Assembly: GCA_947306975.1 (NCBI GenBank) | Contig: CAMZHU010000001.1 | Coordinates: 1 to 44,492, forward strand | Reading direction: 5' to 3' | DNA from: an uncultured Clostridia bacterium | GTDB lineage: Bacteria; Bacillota; Clostridia; Oscillospirales; Oscillospiraceae | Length of the DNA stretch: 44,492 nucleotides | Shown: piece after piece, positions 9,267 through 17,978 of the stretch | How positions within the stretch are numbered: position 1 is the stretch's first letter | Layout of the letters: each line of letters starts with the position of its first letter | Notes under the pieces: model-generated | What the model saw: the letters and a program-made list of their open reading frames with translations, nothing else | Database searches by the model: none | What the model was told of the DNA's origin: nothing | Translations under genes and position numbers: made by a program

Positions 9267-11195
9267 ATGATTAAAGTCAGGAATGAAAAGATCGACGAAG
9301 CGGTATTCATGAAGATGCGCGAAAAAGAGCTATCCGCGTGGCCGACCGGCCGTGAGGTGGATCTTGATGAAGCGATCGAATATCAGAAATCCCTCCCCCC
9401 GACGAAAAACTACGGATATGTCCTTCAGCAGTACAAAAAGGACGGCAAGTGCGGACTGAGCCCCCGCTCCGGCGTCCCTGTAGTCGAGGAAGAGATAAAG
9501 CTCCTCCACGGGCTGTATGACGCCGGCGTGCGTCTCTTCCCTTTCACGACCGACTCATACACGCGAAACCGGCAGTTTGAGAGGGCGCAGAAGGGGCTCG
9601 AGGAGAGCATACGCACTGGTCAGAAAAAGCTCAACGGCTATCCGATAATCAACCACGGCGTAAAGGTGACCCGTAAAGTCGTTGAATCAGTAGACGGAGC
9701 GTTCGACCCCCGCTGCTCCAAAGGCGCGAACAACTTCGTTGCGGAGATCGCGTTTGCCTCCGGCATGACCGCTATGCCTCACAGTTTCTTCGGCTGGCTC
9801 GCCGGCTATGACAAGCTTGCGACCCCTGAGGAATGCGTCACCGACATCCAGTATATGGGACGTCTCGTCGGCTATTATCAGGAACACGGCGTGACTCTGT
9901 CCACTGACCTGCACGGATGGATCCCCAACGGCGTCATACCCATGTATGTGAATATAGCCACGCAGATCATAGAGGGCATCGTCGCCTCTACCCAGGGCGT
10001 CCGGTCCCTGATGCCTCTCGTCAACTTCCAGGGCAACCTTGCACAGGACCTCGGCGAGTTCAAAGCGATAGAGCGCATGTACGACAAGTATCTCAAACAG
10101 GCCGGATTCCCGGATACGGTGGTTGCCGGCATGATCGGCCAGCAGTCTCCGCTCTTCGCATTCCCTCAGGACGTAGGCCGCGCGTTCGGATATATAAACT
10201 ATGTCGCGATGGCTGCTTCTCTTGCGAAACTGCCAGCATGCTCCGTCAAGACTATCGACGAAGCGACCGGCGTTCCCAGTCTGGAGTCACATATGCAGAC
10301 TTACCGCAGCGCGAACTGGATCTTCGACGTCATGAGCGAACAGAAGTTCGAGTTCGACTCGAAACAGGTCGATATCGAGCAGGAAATGGCTGAAAAAGCA
10401 GTCTCTGCGATCATCGACAAAGTCTATGAAATGGGCGACGGCGACATATGCGTCGGTGTCGTCAAGGCCGTCGAGGCCGGCGTTCTTGACAGCCCGTTCT
10501 CAATAAACGTCAACGTCCGCGACCTGTGCCTCGGTGCGCGCGATCTGTACGGCGCCTGCCGTTATATCGATTTCGGCAATCTGCCGATCCCCGATGAAGT
10601 CAGGAAATTCCACATGGAAAAGATCCACGAGCGCGAAAAGGCAGAGGGCACAAAGATCGACTACAAATCCTCTCTTGCCGACTTCTGGTCTCTCAGCCGC
10701 GGCATGCTCTGCGGAAAGACCGAGAAGAGCGAATACGAGGGAGCGATCGACAGCTTCCACCCTGCGATTGCAGAGAAGAAGCCCACTATAATCACCGGAA
10801 CCTCAGGCATAGACAGCCATGTCATCGGGACAAAGATCATATCCCGTGAACTCCGTGACAACGGGTTCAATGTAGTCGCTCTTGGCGCTCAGACTCCTCC
10901 GGAGGAGTTCATCAAGGCGGCCCAAGAGACAAACGCCAGCGCCATACTTATCACATCTCTCTACGGAATGGCGGAGATGGATCTACAGGGCTTCCGTGAC
11001 AAGTGCATCGAGGCAGGAGTGGGAGATATCCTGCTCTACATCGGCGGTATCCTGGGCGTCGGCATCCACGACTTTGAGGACGACGTAAAGACCTTTAAGA
11101 AGATCGGATTCGACCGTGTCTATCCGCCCGAGGCAGACGTCAAGAAATCAGTGCTCGACCTCTGCGGCGATCTTCGCGAGAGGGGCATCATCTGA
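9267..11195 (+). CDS. Fused glutamate-mutase-like adenosylcobalamin enzyme (GlmE/MutE-like TIM-barrel domain + GlmS/MutS-like B12-binding domain)
   Basis: Residues 1-~485 align by eye to clostridial GlmE (ELSAWPTGREVDLDEAIEY vs VLQQWPTGKEVDLQEAVDY; QYMGRLVGYYQEHGV vs QYCDRLVGFYEEQGV). Residues ~505-642 align closely to GlmS (GIDSHVIGTKI = DxHxxG; GFNVVALGAQTPPEEFIKAAQETNASAILITSLYG...LLYIGG...GFDRVYPP). Confidence 0.8.
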   Translation: MIKVRNEKIDEAVFMKMREKELSAWPTGREVDLDEAIEYQKSLPPTKNYGYVLQQYKKDGKCGLSPRSGVPVVEEEIKLLHGLYDAGVRLFPFTTDSYTRNRQFERAQKGLEESIRTGQKKLNGYPIINHGVKVTRKVVESVDGAFDPRCSKGANNFVAEIAFASGMTAMPHSFFGWLAGYDKLATPEECVTDIQYMGRLVGYYQEHGVTLSTDLHGWIPNGVIPMYVNIATQIIEGIVASTQGVRSLMPLVNFQGNLAQDLGEFKAIERMYDKYLKQAGFPDTVVAGMIGQQSPLFAFPQDVGRAFGYINYVAMAASLAKLPACSVKTIDEATGVPSLESHMQTYRSANWIFDVMSEQKFEFDSKQVDIEQEMAEKAVSAIIDKVYEMGDGDICVGVVKAVEAGVLDSPFSINVNVRDLCLGARDLYGACRYIDFGNLPIPDEVRKFHMEKIHEREKAEGTKIDYKSSLADFWSLSRGMLCGKTEKSEYEGAIDSFHPAIAEKKPTIITGTSGIDSHVIGTKIISRELRDNGFNVVALGAQTPPEEFIKAAQETNASAILITSLYGMAEMDLQGFRDKCIEAGVGDILLYIGGILGVGIHDFEDDVKTFKKIGFDRVYPPEADVKKSVLDLCGDLRERGII

Positions 11196-11220
11196 CCTCG
11201 TAGCATATACCTAAACGCAG

Positions 11221-11248
11221 GCCGCCGGCATACTGCCGGCGGCTTTTC
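11221..11248 (+). terminator. Rho-independent terminator after the mutase gene
   Basis: GCCGCCGGC-atact-GCCGGCGGC followed by TTTT. Confidence 0.65.
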
Positions 11249-11262
11249 GCGTCCCGTGTTTG

Positions 11263-11291
11263 TTGACTTTCCAGTCACACGGTTATATTAT
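11263..11291 (+). promoter_or_regulatory. Candidate prmA promoter (TTGACT-17-TATTAT)
   Basis: TTGACTttccagtcacacggttaTATTAT, 30 nt upstream of the prmA start. Confidence 0.4.
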
Positions 11292-11320
11292 TGTGAAAAC
11301 AAAGCAAACGGTGATTACAG

Positions 11321-12253
11321 ATGGACTGGCTTGAGATAACACTTGATACGCGGCACGAGGACATTGACGCTCTATGCGAGCGTCTAGAATCGCTCGGCGT
11401 AAGCGGCATCGTGATAAACGACGAAACTGCCGTTACCGATTTCCTTGAGAAAGGCAAAAAGTACTGGGATTACGTAGACGATGAAGTAATGGACCGGGTA
11501 CGCGGCGTCTGCTCGCTTCAGTTCTATCTTGAGGACTCTGAAGACGGCCGTTCCGAACTGGAACGTATACGCGCTGCCCTCGACGTTCCGGAACTGAAGA
11601 CGCGTCAGGTGCGCGACGAGGACTGGGAAAACAACTGGCGCGAGTATTACAAACCCATCGAGACCGGGGAAAAGCTGGTCATCATACCGGAATGGGAGGA
11701 TGCTCCCGACTGCGGCAGCCGGGTCCCGCTGCGTCTCGACCCGGGTCTTATCTTCGGTACAGGTTCACACGCGACCACCCGGATGTGCCTTGAAGAACTC
11801 GAGAACTATCCTGCCGAAACGGTGATGGATCTCGGATGCGGCAGCGGTATACTGGCCATTGCCTCTCTCCTGCTCGGCGCCGGAAAGGCCTACTGCTGTG
11901 ATATAGATGAAAAAGCGCCGGACGTCGTACGTTCGAACGGTGAACTCAATGCACTCTATTCCGACCGTCTCATCGTATATGCCGGAGACATCCTGAGCGA
12001 CAGGCCTCTTCGCTCGGTACTCTCGCAACGCTCATACGATCTGATCCTTGCCAACATAGTGGCAGACGTTATCATCCGGCTCGCTCCGTTCGCGGCTGAG
12101 AGGCTGGCGCCTGACGGTATATTCATCTGTTCGGGCATCATCGAGGGCCGGCAGGACGAGGTGCTCTCCGCCCTCAGGAATAGCGGTCTTGAGATCGTAT
12201 CCTCTCGTTCACTCAGCGACTGGTACTGCTACACCGCCCGTCTCAAACGGTAA
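11321..12253 (+). CDS. prmA: Ribosomal protein L11 methyltransferase
   Basis: 310 aa. The N-terminal PrmA domain starts MDWLEITLDT. WENNWREYYKPI is present, and the SAM motif is DLGCGSGILAI. Confidence 0.9.
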   Translation: MDWLEITLDTRHEDIDALCERLESLGVSGIVINDETAVTDFLEKGKKYWDYVDDEVMDRVRGVCSLQFYLEDSEDGRSELERIRAALDVPELKTRQVRDEDWENNWREYYKPIETGEKLVIIPEWEDAPDCGSRVPLRLDPGLIFGTGSHATTRMCLEELENYPAETVMDLGCGSGILAIASLLLGAGKAYCCDIDEKAPDVVRSNGELNALYSDRLIVYAGDILSDRPLRSVLSQRSYDLILANIVADVIIRLAPFAAERLAPDGIFICSGIIEGRQDEVLSALRNSGLEIVSSRSLSDWYCYTARLKR

Positions 12254-12284
12254 ACCCCTATTTTACTGAAAGGAAGTGTCATAA

Positions 12285-13400
12285 ATGTGGAAAAAGAAGG
12301 CGCTTGCGCTCATACTGGCTCTTTGTCTCGCGGTATCGCTATGTCCTGTCACTGCTCTCGCTGAAATCAATCTCTTTTTCACCGCAGTCAATGACAATCT
12401 CCTTTTATTTAACGCGGGCTCGGTACCAATTTTTTCCAACGGTACGTTGTATATTCCATATACCGTGCTTACAATGAATGGATTTGGAGTTTACTATACA
12501 ACTATTAACTCTAGAAATATCCACTGTCTTTATTCAATTGAGAACACTCTCTTTTTTGATCTTGACAGCGGCGATTCTTTCAATGCTGAAGATGAGCATT
12601 TTGCCGCATCCGCAATTATCTACGGCGGTATGCTGTACGTTCCTGCATATTTCACATGCGGTCAGTTCGGACTGGGCTGCAGCGTGATCACCTCCGCTCC
12701 AGCACCCATCTTACGCGTGACGTCCGGCAGCGAGTCATACTCCAATTCCGCTCTCGCGTCTGTTTATTCTTCCCATATACAGGCCGTCATCGACTCGATG
12801 ACCACTCCGGATACACCGGGCCAGCCCGACCCTGCCCCGGACATGCCCAAACCCGATGACTACAGCGACGTGACTCTGTTCCTCGGTTTCCGCGGCTTAC
12901 TGGACGGCAATTGCGTAGAAATCCTGGATACACTCGACGATTTCGGCGTACGGGCATGCTTCTTCATTTCTGAAGACGATATTCTGGGTTCTCAGGACGA
13001 TATACGGCGCATCTGTGGAAGCGGTCACAGCGTGGGCATCTATCTGTCAGACGGCAGCCGGGAAGAATACGCCGCTGTTGCCGACCTGCTGTTTGAAGCT
13101 GCGATGACAGCTACGATCATCGTCACGTCCGGACCCGATACGGAAGAAACCTCAAAGGAAACCGCCCGTAAGCAGGGCCTCCTCTTCCGTGCAGCCGACG
13201 ATATCTGCGAAGAAGGCTTTTCCGCCGCTTCAGCTGTTTCGAAACTCTCCAGGGTCTCCGGCAACAGGCAGCTGATACTGTTCGAATGCTATGAAGGCGC
13301 GGCCGATGAGCTTCGCGTTTTCCTTCGTTACGCTCTCGACTCCAAATACATTGTCGATCAAATCAACGAGGTCACCGTCTATACCCCCGATATCGCGTGA
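12285..13400 (+). CDS. Secreted protein: stalk (copper amine oxidase N-terminal-like) domain + polysaccharide-deacetylase-like domain with degenerate catalytic motif
   Basis: Signal peptide ending VTALA|E. The N-terminal ~110 aa resemble stalk domains (AVNDNLLLF...PIFSNGTLYIPYTVL). The C-terminal part resembles a NodB fold (DFGVRACFFIS...GHSVGIYL), but LGFRG stands where TFDDG is expected. Confidence 0.45.
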   Translation: MWKKKALALILALCLAVSLCPVTALAEINLFFTAVNDNLLLFNAGSVPIFSNGTLYIPYTVLTMNGFGVYYTTINSRNIHCLYSIENTLFFDLDSGDSFNAEDEHFAASAIIYGGMLYVPAYFTCGQFGLGCSVITSAPAPILRVTSGSESYSNSALASVYSSHIQAVIDSMTTPDTPGQPDPAPDMPKPDDYSDVTLFLGFRGLLDGNCVEILDTLDDFGVRACFFISEDDILGSQDDIRRICGSGHSVGIYLSDGSREEYAAVADLLFEAAMTATIIVTSGPDTEETSKETARKQGLLFRAADDICEEGFSAASAVSKLSRVSGNRQLILFECYEGAADELRVFLRYALDSKYIVDQINEVTVYTPDIA

Positions 13401-13459
13401 ACGCCCTGCCGTACAGTTGACAAAACATCCTTTCCGGTGCTACCATAACAATCACTTTC

Positions 13460-13547
13460 GCCGGTGTGGCGGAACTGGCAGACGCCCGAGACTTAAAATC
13501 TCGTGAGGGTTTCCCTCGTACCGGTTCGATCCCGGTCACCGGCACCA
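13460..13547 (+). tRNA. tRNA-Leu (anticodon UAA), CCA encoded
   Basis: Acceptor stem GCCGGTG/CACCGGC, discriminator A, then CCA. The anticodon arm is CGAGA-CTTAAAA-TCTCG. A long variable arm (GTGAGGGTTTCCCTCGTAC) and T-arm GGTTCGATCCC are present. Confidence 0.9.
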
Positions 13548-13554
13548 AACATGT

Positions 13555-13600
13555 ACAGTCCGGACCCGTTTATTAAGAACGGGTCCGGACTGTTTCATTT
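13555..13600 (+). terminator. Terminator after tRNA-Leu
   Basis: 16-bp perfect stem ACAGTCCGGACCCGTT-tattaag-AACGGGTCCGGACTGT followed by TTCATTT. Confidence 0.6.
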
Positions 13601-13654
13601 ACAGAAAGCGCCGCATTACACGTACGCTGTCAGAACCATACTGACCAAAAAGTG

Positions 13655-13699
13655 CAAAAAAGCCCTGAAGCTGCATAGACTCAGCTTCAGGGCTTTTTT
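13655..13699 (-). terminator. Bidirectional-type terminator ending the long minus-strand gene string
   Basis: AAAAAAGCCCTGAAGCTG-catagact-CAGCTTCAGGGCTTTTTT, 10 nt after the ligase stop at 13709. A/T runs flank both sides. Confidence 0.7.
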
Positions 13700-13708
13700 G
13701 ACCTGTCA

Positions 13709-15286
13709 TCACTTCATCCCGAGCCGCTCTTTCGCAATAGCGCGCAGACGGCGTCTGTCGACCTTTCCGGTCGCATTCAGTGGCAGCCGGTCAAAGAACA
13801 GTACATATCGCGGGACCTTATAGGCGCTCAAGCGCCCGCGTACTATAGATTGGACATCTTCCGCATCCATTTCAGTGCCCTCGTTCAGGACGACACATGC
13901 GCACGCTTCCTCCATATAGTGCGTGTCAGGTACATCGATGATCTTGACACGGGCAATACGGCTGTCGGAGAGAAGCAGGTTTTCTATCTCCTCGGGAGAT
14001 ATGTTTTCACCTCCGCGTATGATGAGGTCCTTTATCCTGCCGCGGTAATAGAGATTCCCCTGCGGATCCGCCTTCGCCAGATCACCGGTACGTATCCATC
14101 CGTCAGCGCTCTTTACCCGAGCCGTCTCAGCCGGCATTTTGTAGTATCCGATCATACCGTTGAACCCTCGGAAGTATATCTCCCCCACGATCCCGGGCGG
14201 CACCGGGTTTCCGCCGCGTGATCTCACTGAGACCTCGACCATCGGAAATGCCCTGCCCAGGCTCTCGCTGCGCAGTTCAAGACTGTCGTTAACTGAACCG
14301 CAGGTTATGCCTCCTGTAGCCTCGGTCTGGCCGAGCGAAGGCAAGAGCGTATAACCGAGTTCATCACAGATCCGGCGGAAGAACTCGGGCGGATATGAAG
14401 ATCCGCCGATAAGTCCGGTGCGCAGAGAAGAAATGTCCGCGTTCATCTCCTTCTGCCTTCGGAGCAGTGCTGAGAAAAGTGTAGGAACGGCGTTCAAAAC
14501 GGTACATTTCTCACGCTCGATCATCTCCAGGATGATGTCAGTCCGCCTCCCTGCCGGGAAGCAGAGACATGCGCCTGCCGCCAGCGCCGCAAGAGCGGTA
14601 CCGGTAATCGAAAAGCAATGGAAAAGCGGCAGTACCGAACAAAACCGGTCGTTCTCGTCAGCATCCAGGCCGGCGGCCTGCGCAAATATGGTGTTGACTC
14701 TCGCAAAATGCGTTGTGATCACAGGACGTGCGCTGCCGGTAGAGCCTGATGAAAACAGTATCGTATCAGGATCGTCTTCCGTTACGGAACTCTCTGCCTC
14801 TTCGAGCTCCGCGGGCGCTGCCATAGGCAGATCGAACAGATACCGATACTTGTATCCCGGTTCCTGCTGAAGAGTAAATATCCTGTCAGCGTCGGGCTGT
14901 TCCAGTGAAACGCACAGTTCCGGAAAAACATTCTCCCTGAACTCGTGGTCGATCACCATGTAACCGACATCGGCAGATCTCACGCAGCCGCGAAGCTCCT
15001 CCACGCCGAACGCAGTGCAGATAGGTACGACGACCGCACCGATCCGCCAGAGCGCATAGAAGCATATAAGTGTCTCAGGCGCGTCGTTCGCAAGAACGCC
15101 TACGTGTACGCCCTTGCGTATACCTGCTGCAAGAAAACGCCTCGCGTACTGACCGCTTGTCTCAAGAAGCTCGCTGTAGGTAAGTCTCAGCGTATCGGAA
15201 ACAACAGCTTCCCGTTCCGGAAAACGCTGCGTCTGCATATGAAGCACCTGTCCTATTGATTTGTGAAAGAGTTTAGGCGCCGTCAT
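13709..15286 (-). CDS. AMP-forming acyl-CoA synthetase (class I adenylate-forming enzyme)
   Basis: Motifs LFSSGSTGSARPV, LGQTEATG, GWIRTGDLA, GRIKDLIIRGGENISPEEIE and NATGKVDRRRL. I prefer the ATG at 15286 (MTAPKLFHKS, GGAAAGG upstream). The ORF track extends it to 15340. Confidence 0.85.
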   Translation of the reverse strand: MTAPKLFHKSIGQVLHMQTQRFPEREAVVSDTLRLTYSELLETSGQYARRFLAAGIRKGVHVGVLANDAPETLICFYALWRIGAVVVPICTAFGVEELRGCVRSADVGYMVIDHEFRENVFPELCVSLEQPDADRIFTLQQEPGYKYRYLFDLPMAAPAELEEAESSVTEDDPDTILFSSGSTGSARPVITTHFARVNTIFAQAAGLDADENDRFCSVLPLFHCFSITGTALAALAAGACLCFPAGRRTDIILEMIEREKCTVLNAVPTLFSALLRRQKEMNADISSLRTGLIGGSSYPPEFFRRICDELGYTLLPSLGQTEATGGITCGSVNDSLELRSESLGRAFPMVEVSVRSRGGNPVPPGIVGEIYFRGFNGMIGYYKMPAETARVKSADGWIRTGDLAKADPQGNLYYRGRIKDLIIRGGENISPEEIENLLLSDSRIARVKIIDVPDTHYMEEACACVVLNEGTEMDAEDVQSIVRGRLSAYKVPRYVLFFDRLPLNATGKVDRRRLRAIAKERLGMK

Positions 15287-15468
15287 GACTGTCTGCCTTT
15301 CCAGTCCGCGGTAATGCTGCGGACAAATAAACGGACCCATCCGAGAGAGTTACTTCTAAAGTCACTCCCGTCAGCAGGATCCTCCACGAAAAGAACACAT
15401 CCGATACCGCGGTTTTTTATGTCCGCGGCGGGCGGAGACGTTCCCCCGCCCGCTCAGCGGACCGTTCT

Positions 15469-17094
15469 TTATTTATCGATATACGCTCCGAGGCCGCCCC
15501 ACTTTTCGTGGAAGATGCCCTCGTCCATCGTCTTGAGTTCGGGAGAGATCACAGGCTCAAATCCGATCCTGTCAAGAACATCCTTCTGGAGGTCTATGCC
15601 GGGCGCTATCTCAACAAGGGTCATCTTATGATCTATGAGACGGAAAACTGCGCGCTCAGTGACATAGAGGACTTCCTGATCCTCCGGAGTGTACTGGCCG
15701 GCAAACGTGATCTGACCGACTTTCTCCACAAACTTCTGTATCGTGCCTTCCTCGACTATCTCAAGCTTGCCGTCGCCGACTTTCAGTTTTGCCTTGCCCA
15801 TGAGCGTGCCGGCAAAAATGACTTTCGGGGTAGCGCGGGTGATATCGATGAATCCGCCGGGGCCGGTAAGCCTCTTGCCCATACGGCTGACGTTGTTGTT
15901 GCCGTCGCCGTCGGCTTCGCCGATGCCCAGGCATGTCAGGCTGAGGCCGCCGCCGCTTATAAGATCGAACATCTCGTTCTGTGTGATAATGGCCTCGGGA
16001 TTGTATGCGCTGCCGAAGCTCGGAAGCGCGGATGGTACGCCGCCCACCATTCCGCTCTCGGTGCTCATGACGACGTCATTGATGAAGCCTTCCTCCGCGA
16101 CGACCTTTGCCACGTCAGCCGGCATGCCGACGCCGAGGTTCACGAGGTCGCCTTTCTTGAGCTCCATCGCGACGCGGCGGCAGATGACCTTTCTCTCGTC
16201 AAACGGCAGCGGCTCGATGCTGTCGAGCGGGATGCGGATATGTCCAGAGTAAGAGGGCTCCCAGTATGTTCCCTCTGCCTGCCAGCACGATTTGGGATCC
16301 TTCGCCACTACGACGTAGTCGACGAGCACTCCGGGTATCTTTATATCCTTGGGATTGAGGGTCTCTTTCTTCGCGACGTATTCGACCTGTACTATAACGA
16401 TGCCTCCGCTGTTCTTGACCGCGGTCGCGACGGAGAAGCCCTCGTTAATAACGCTCTCATGAGCAAAAGAGATATTGCCGTTCTCATCGGCTATGGTACC
16501 TCTCAGGAGAGCAACGTCAGCCTTGAAAGAAGGATAGAACAGATACTCTTCGCCGTTGAACTCGACGAGTTTTACCAGTTCGTCCTTGGCGCATGCATTC
16601 ATACGGCCGCCTTCTACGCGCGGATCGACGAAAGTTCCGAGGCCCGTCTTCGTTATAAGTCCGGGACGGCCCGCGGCGATCTCACGCCAGAGATTGATGA
16701 TCACGCCCTGCGGGAGACAGTATGACTCGACCTGTTCCTTGCGTGCCAGGTCGCACATGGCGAATGCGCTGCCTATATGTGCGCTTGTCCATTTCGTCAC
16801 GAGGCCGGGTCCGGCTTCGCCGAAGCGGGATACGCCGCGGACGCCGTGATCGTTGTCGGGCTCTGGAAGTCTTGAACGCTCCCATCCGTCAAACTGGTTG
16901 CCATAGCCCCAGTCGCCCATGGCGCTGCCCTGCTTGAGGTTGAGATTGCACGGATGTCCGGTCTCGCGGAAGTTGTCTCTTATCGCGCAGGCAAGCTCTT
17001 CAGCCCAGCCTGAAAGGCCCATTCCGGCAAGACCAACTGTCGCTCCGTCCGGAATGAGGGCAGCCGCTTCTCTTGCTGTAATGAATTTTGCCAT
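15469..17094 (-). CDS. Acyl-CoA:carboxylate CoA-transferase, propionate CoA-transferase (Pct) family
   Basis: 541 aa, colinear by eye with C. propionicum Pct (GLITKTGLGTFVDPR, NSGGIVIVQVE, VLVDYVVV, TESGMVGGVP containing the catalytic Glu, GGFIDIT). Confidence 0.85.
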   Translation of the reverse strand: MAKFITAREAAALIPDGATVGLAGMGLSGWAEELACAIRDNFRETGHPCNLNLKQGSAMGDWGYGNQFDGWERSRLPEPDNDHGVRGVSRFGEAGPGLVTKWTSAHIGSAFAMCDLARKEQVESYCLPQGVIINLWREIAAGRPGLITKTGLGTFVDPRVEGGRMNACAKDELVKLVEFNGEEYLFYPSFKADVALLRGTIADENGNISFAHESVINEGFSVATAVKNSGGIVIVQVEYVAKKETLNPKDIKIPGVLVDYVVVAKDPKSCWQAEGTYWEPSYSGHIRIPLDSIEPLPFDERKVICRRVAMELKKGDLVNLGVGMPADVAKVVAEEGFINDVVMSTESGMVGGVPSALPSFGSAYNPEAIITQNEMFDLISGGGLSLTCLGIGEADGDGNNNVSRMGKRLTGPGGFIDITRATPKVIFAGTLMGKAKLKVGDGKLEIVEEGTIQKFVEKVGQITFAGQYTPEDQEVLYVTERAVFRLIDHKMTLVEIAPGIDLQKDVLDRIGFEPVISPELKTMDEGIFHEKWGGLGAYIDK

Positions 17095-17196
17095 ATGATT
17101 TCCTCCTTTGCCGCGTGGGGCGCGGTAATTCTACAACGGAGAAGACACCGTATAACAGGCGCCTTCTCCGTTCATGTTCACTCTATTAACCTGCGA

Positions 17197-17841
17197 TCAG
17201 GCCTTGCCGGTGAGTATCTCGGCAGCCTTATTGGCGCACGCAGCGGCGTCCTCGGTGTAATAGTCTGCACCGACTTCGTCGCAGAAGGCCTGTGTAACAG
17301 GCGCGCCGCCGATCATTATCGTAACTTTGTCGCGGATACCGGCATCCTTGATAGCCTCGATGACTTCGCCGATAGCCGGCATGGTGGTCGTAAGAAGAGC
17401 CGAGCAGAGCACGAGATCGCACTTCTCATTGATAGCGGTCTCAACGAACTTCTCCTTCGGAACGTCGACGCCGATGTCGATGACTTCGATATTCTTGCTC
17501 TCGACCATGAGACGGACCAGGTTCTTGCCGATATCGTGCAGGTCGCCTGCAACGGTTCCAAGAACGGCCTTGCCGATAGGCTCGTTGCCTTCAGCGTTAA
17601 GCATCGGCTTGATGAGAGCTGTACCTGTGTTCATGGCGCGCGCCGCTACGAGCACCTCAGGCACGAAAGCTTCATTACGGGTAAAACGGTCGCCCACGAT
17701 GCCCATTCCGTGGAGCAGTCCGTCATTCAGGATCTCCTGTGCGCTGCAGCCTTCCTCGATGGCCTTCGGCACGAGTTCCTTTATCAGCTTAGCTTTGCCT
17801 TTCTCTACTGCTGCGGAGATTTCTTCGATTGTAGTAGACAT
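17197..17841 (-). CDS. Methyltransferase-cognate corrinoid protein (MtaC/MtbC/OdmA type: B12-binding cap + Rossmann domain)
   Basis: 214 aa with GDLHDIGKN (DxHxxG), SALLTTT and IMIGGAPV. The N-terminal helical cap domain contains FVPEVLVAARAM. Confidence 0.9.
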   Translation of the reverse strand: MSTTIEEISAAVEKGKAKLIKELVPKAIEEGCSAQEILNDGLLHGMGIVGDRFTRNEAFVPEVLVAARAMNTGTALIKPMLNAEGNEPIGKAVLGTVAGDLHDIGKNLVRLMVESKNIEVIDIGVDVPKEKFVETAINEKCDLVLCSALLTTTMPAIGEVIEAIKDAGIRDKVTIMIGGAPVTQAFCDEVGADYYTEDAAACANKAAEILTGKA

Positions 17842-17901
17842 ATTTCTTCGTCTCCTTATCCACTTTGCGGCTTCTCAGCCTGTACTTTTTCTGACTCTAA
17901 T

Positions 17902-17930
17902 ATAATAACCTCAAAGGGTTTTCGTGTAAA
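17902..17930 (-). promoter_or_regulatory. Candidate internal promoter in front of the corrinoid gene (TTTACA-17-TATTAT)
   Basis: The minus strand reads TTTACAcgaaaaccctttgaggtTATTAT, within a 137-nt AT-rich spacer. Confidence 0.4.
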
Positions 17931-17978
17931 GTATTTTCTTTATATAATTGGTATTTATTTATTATTCTTTCCGTAAAT

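Noticed and set aside
13503-13823. 106-aa plus-strand ORF starting inside tRNA-Leu and crossing two terminator hairpins.
   Set aside because: It overlaps a confident tRNA, two terminators and the 3' end of the ligase gene. It is not plausible as a coding region.
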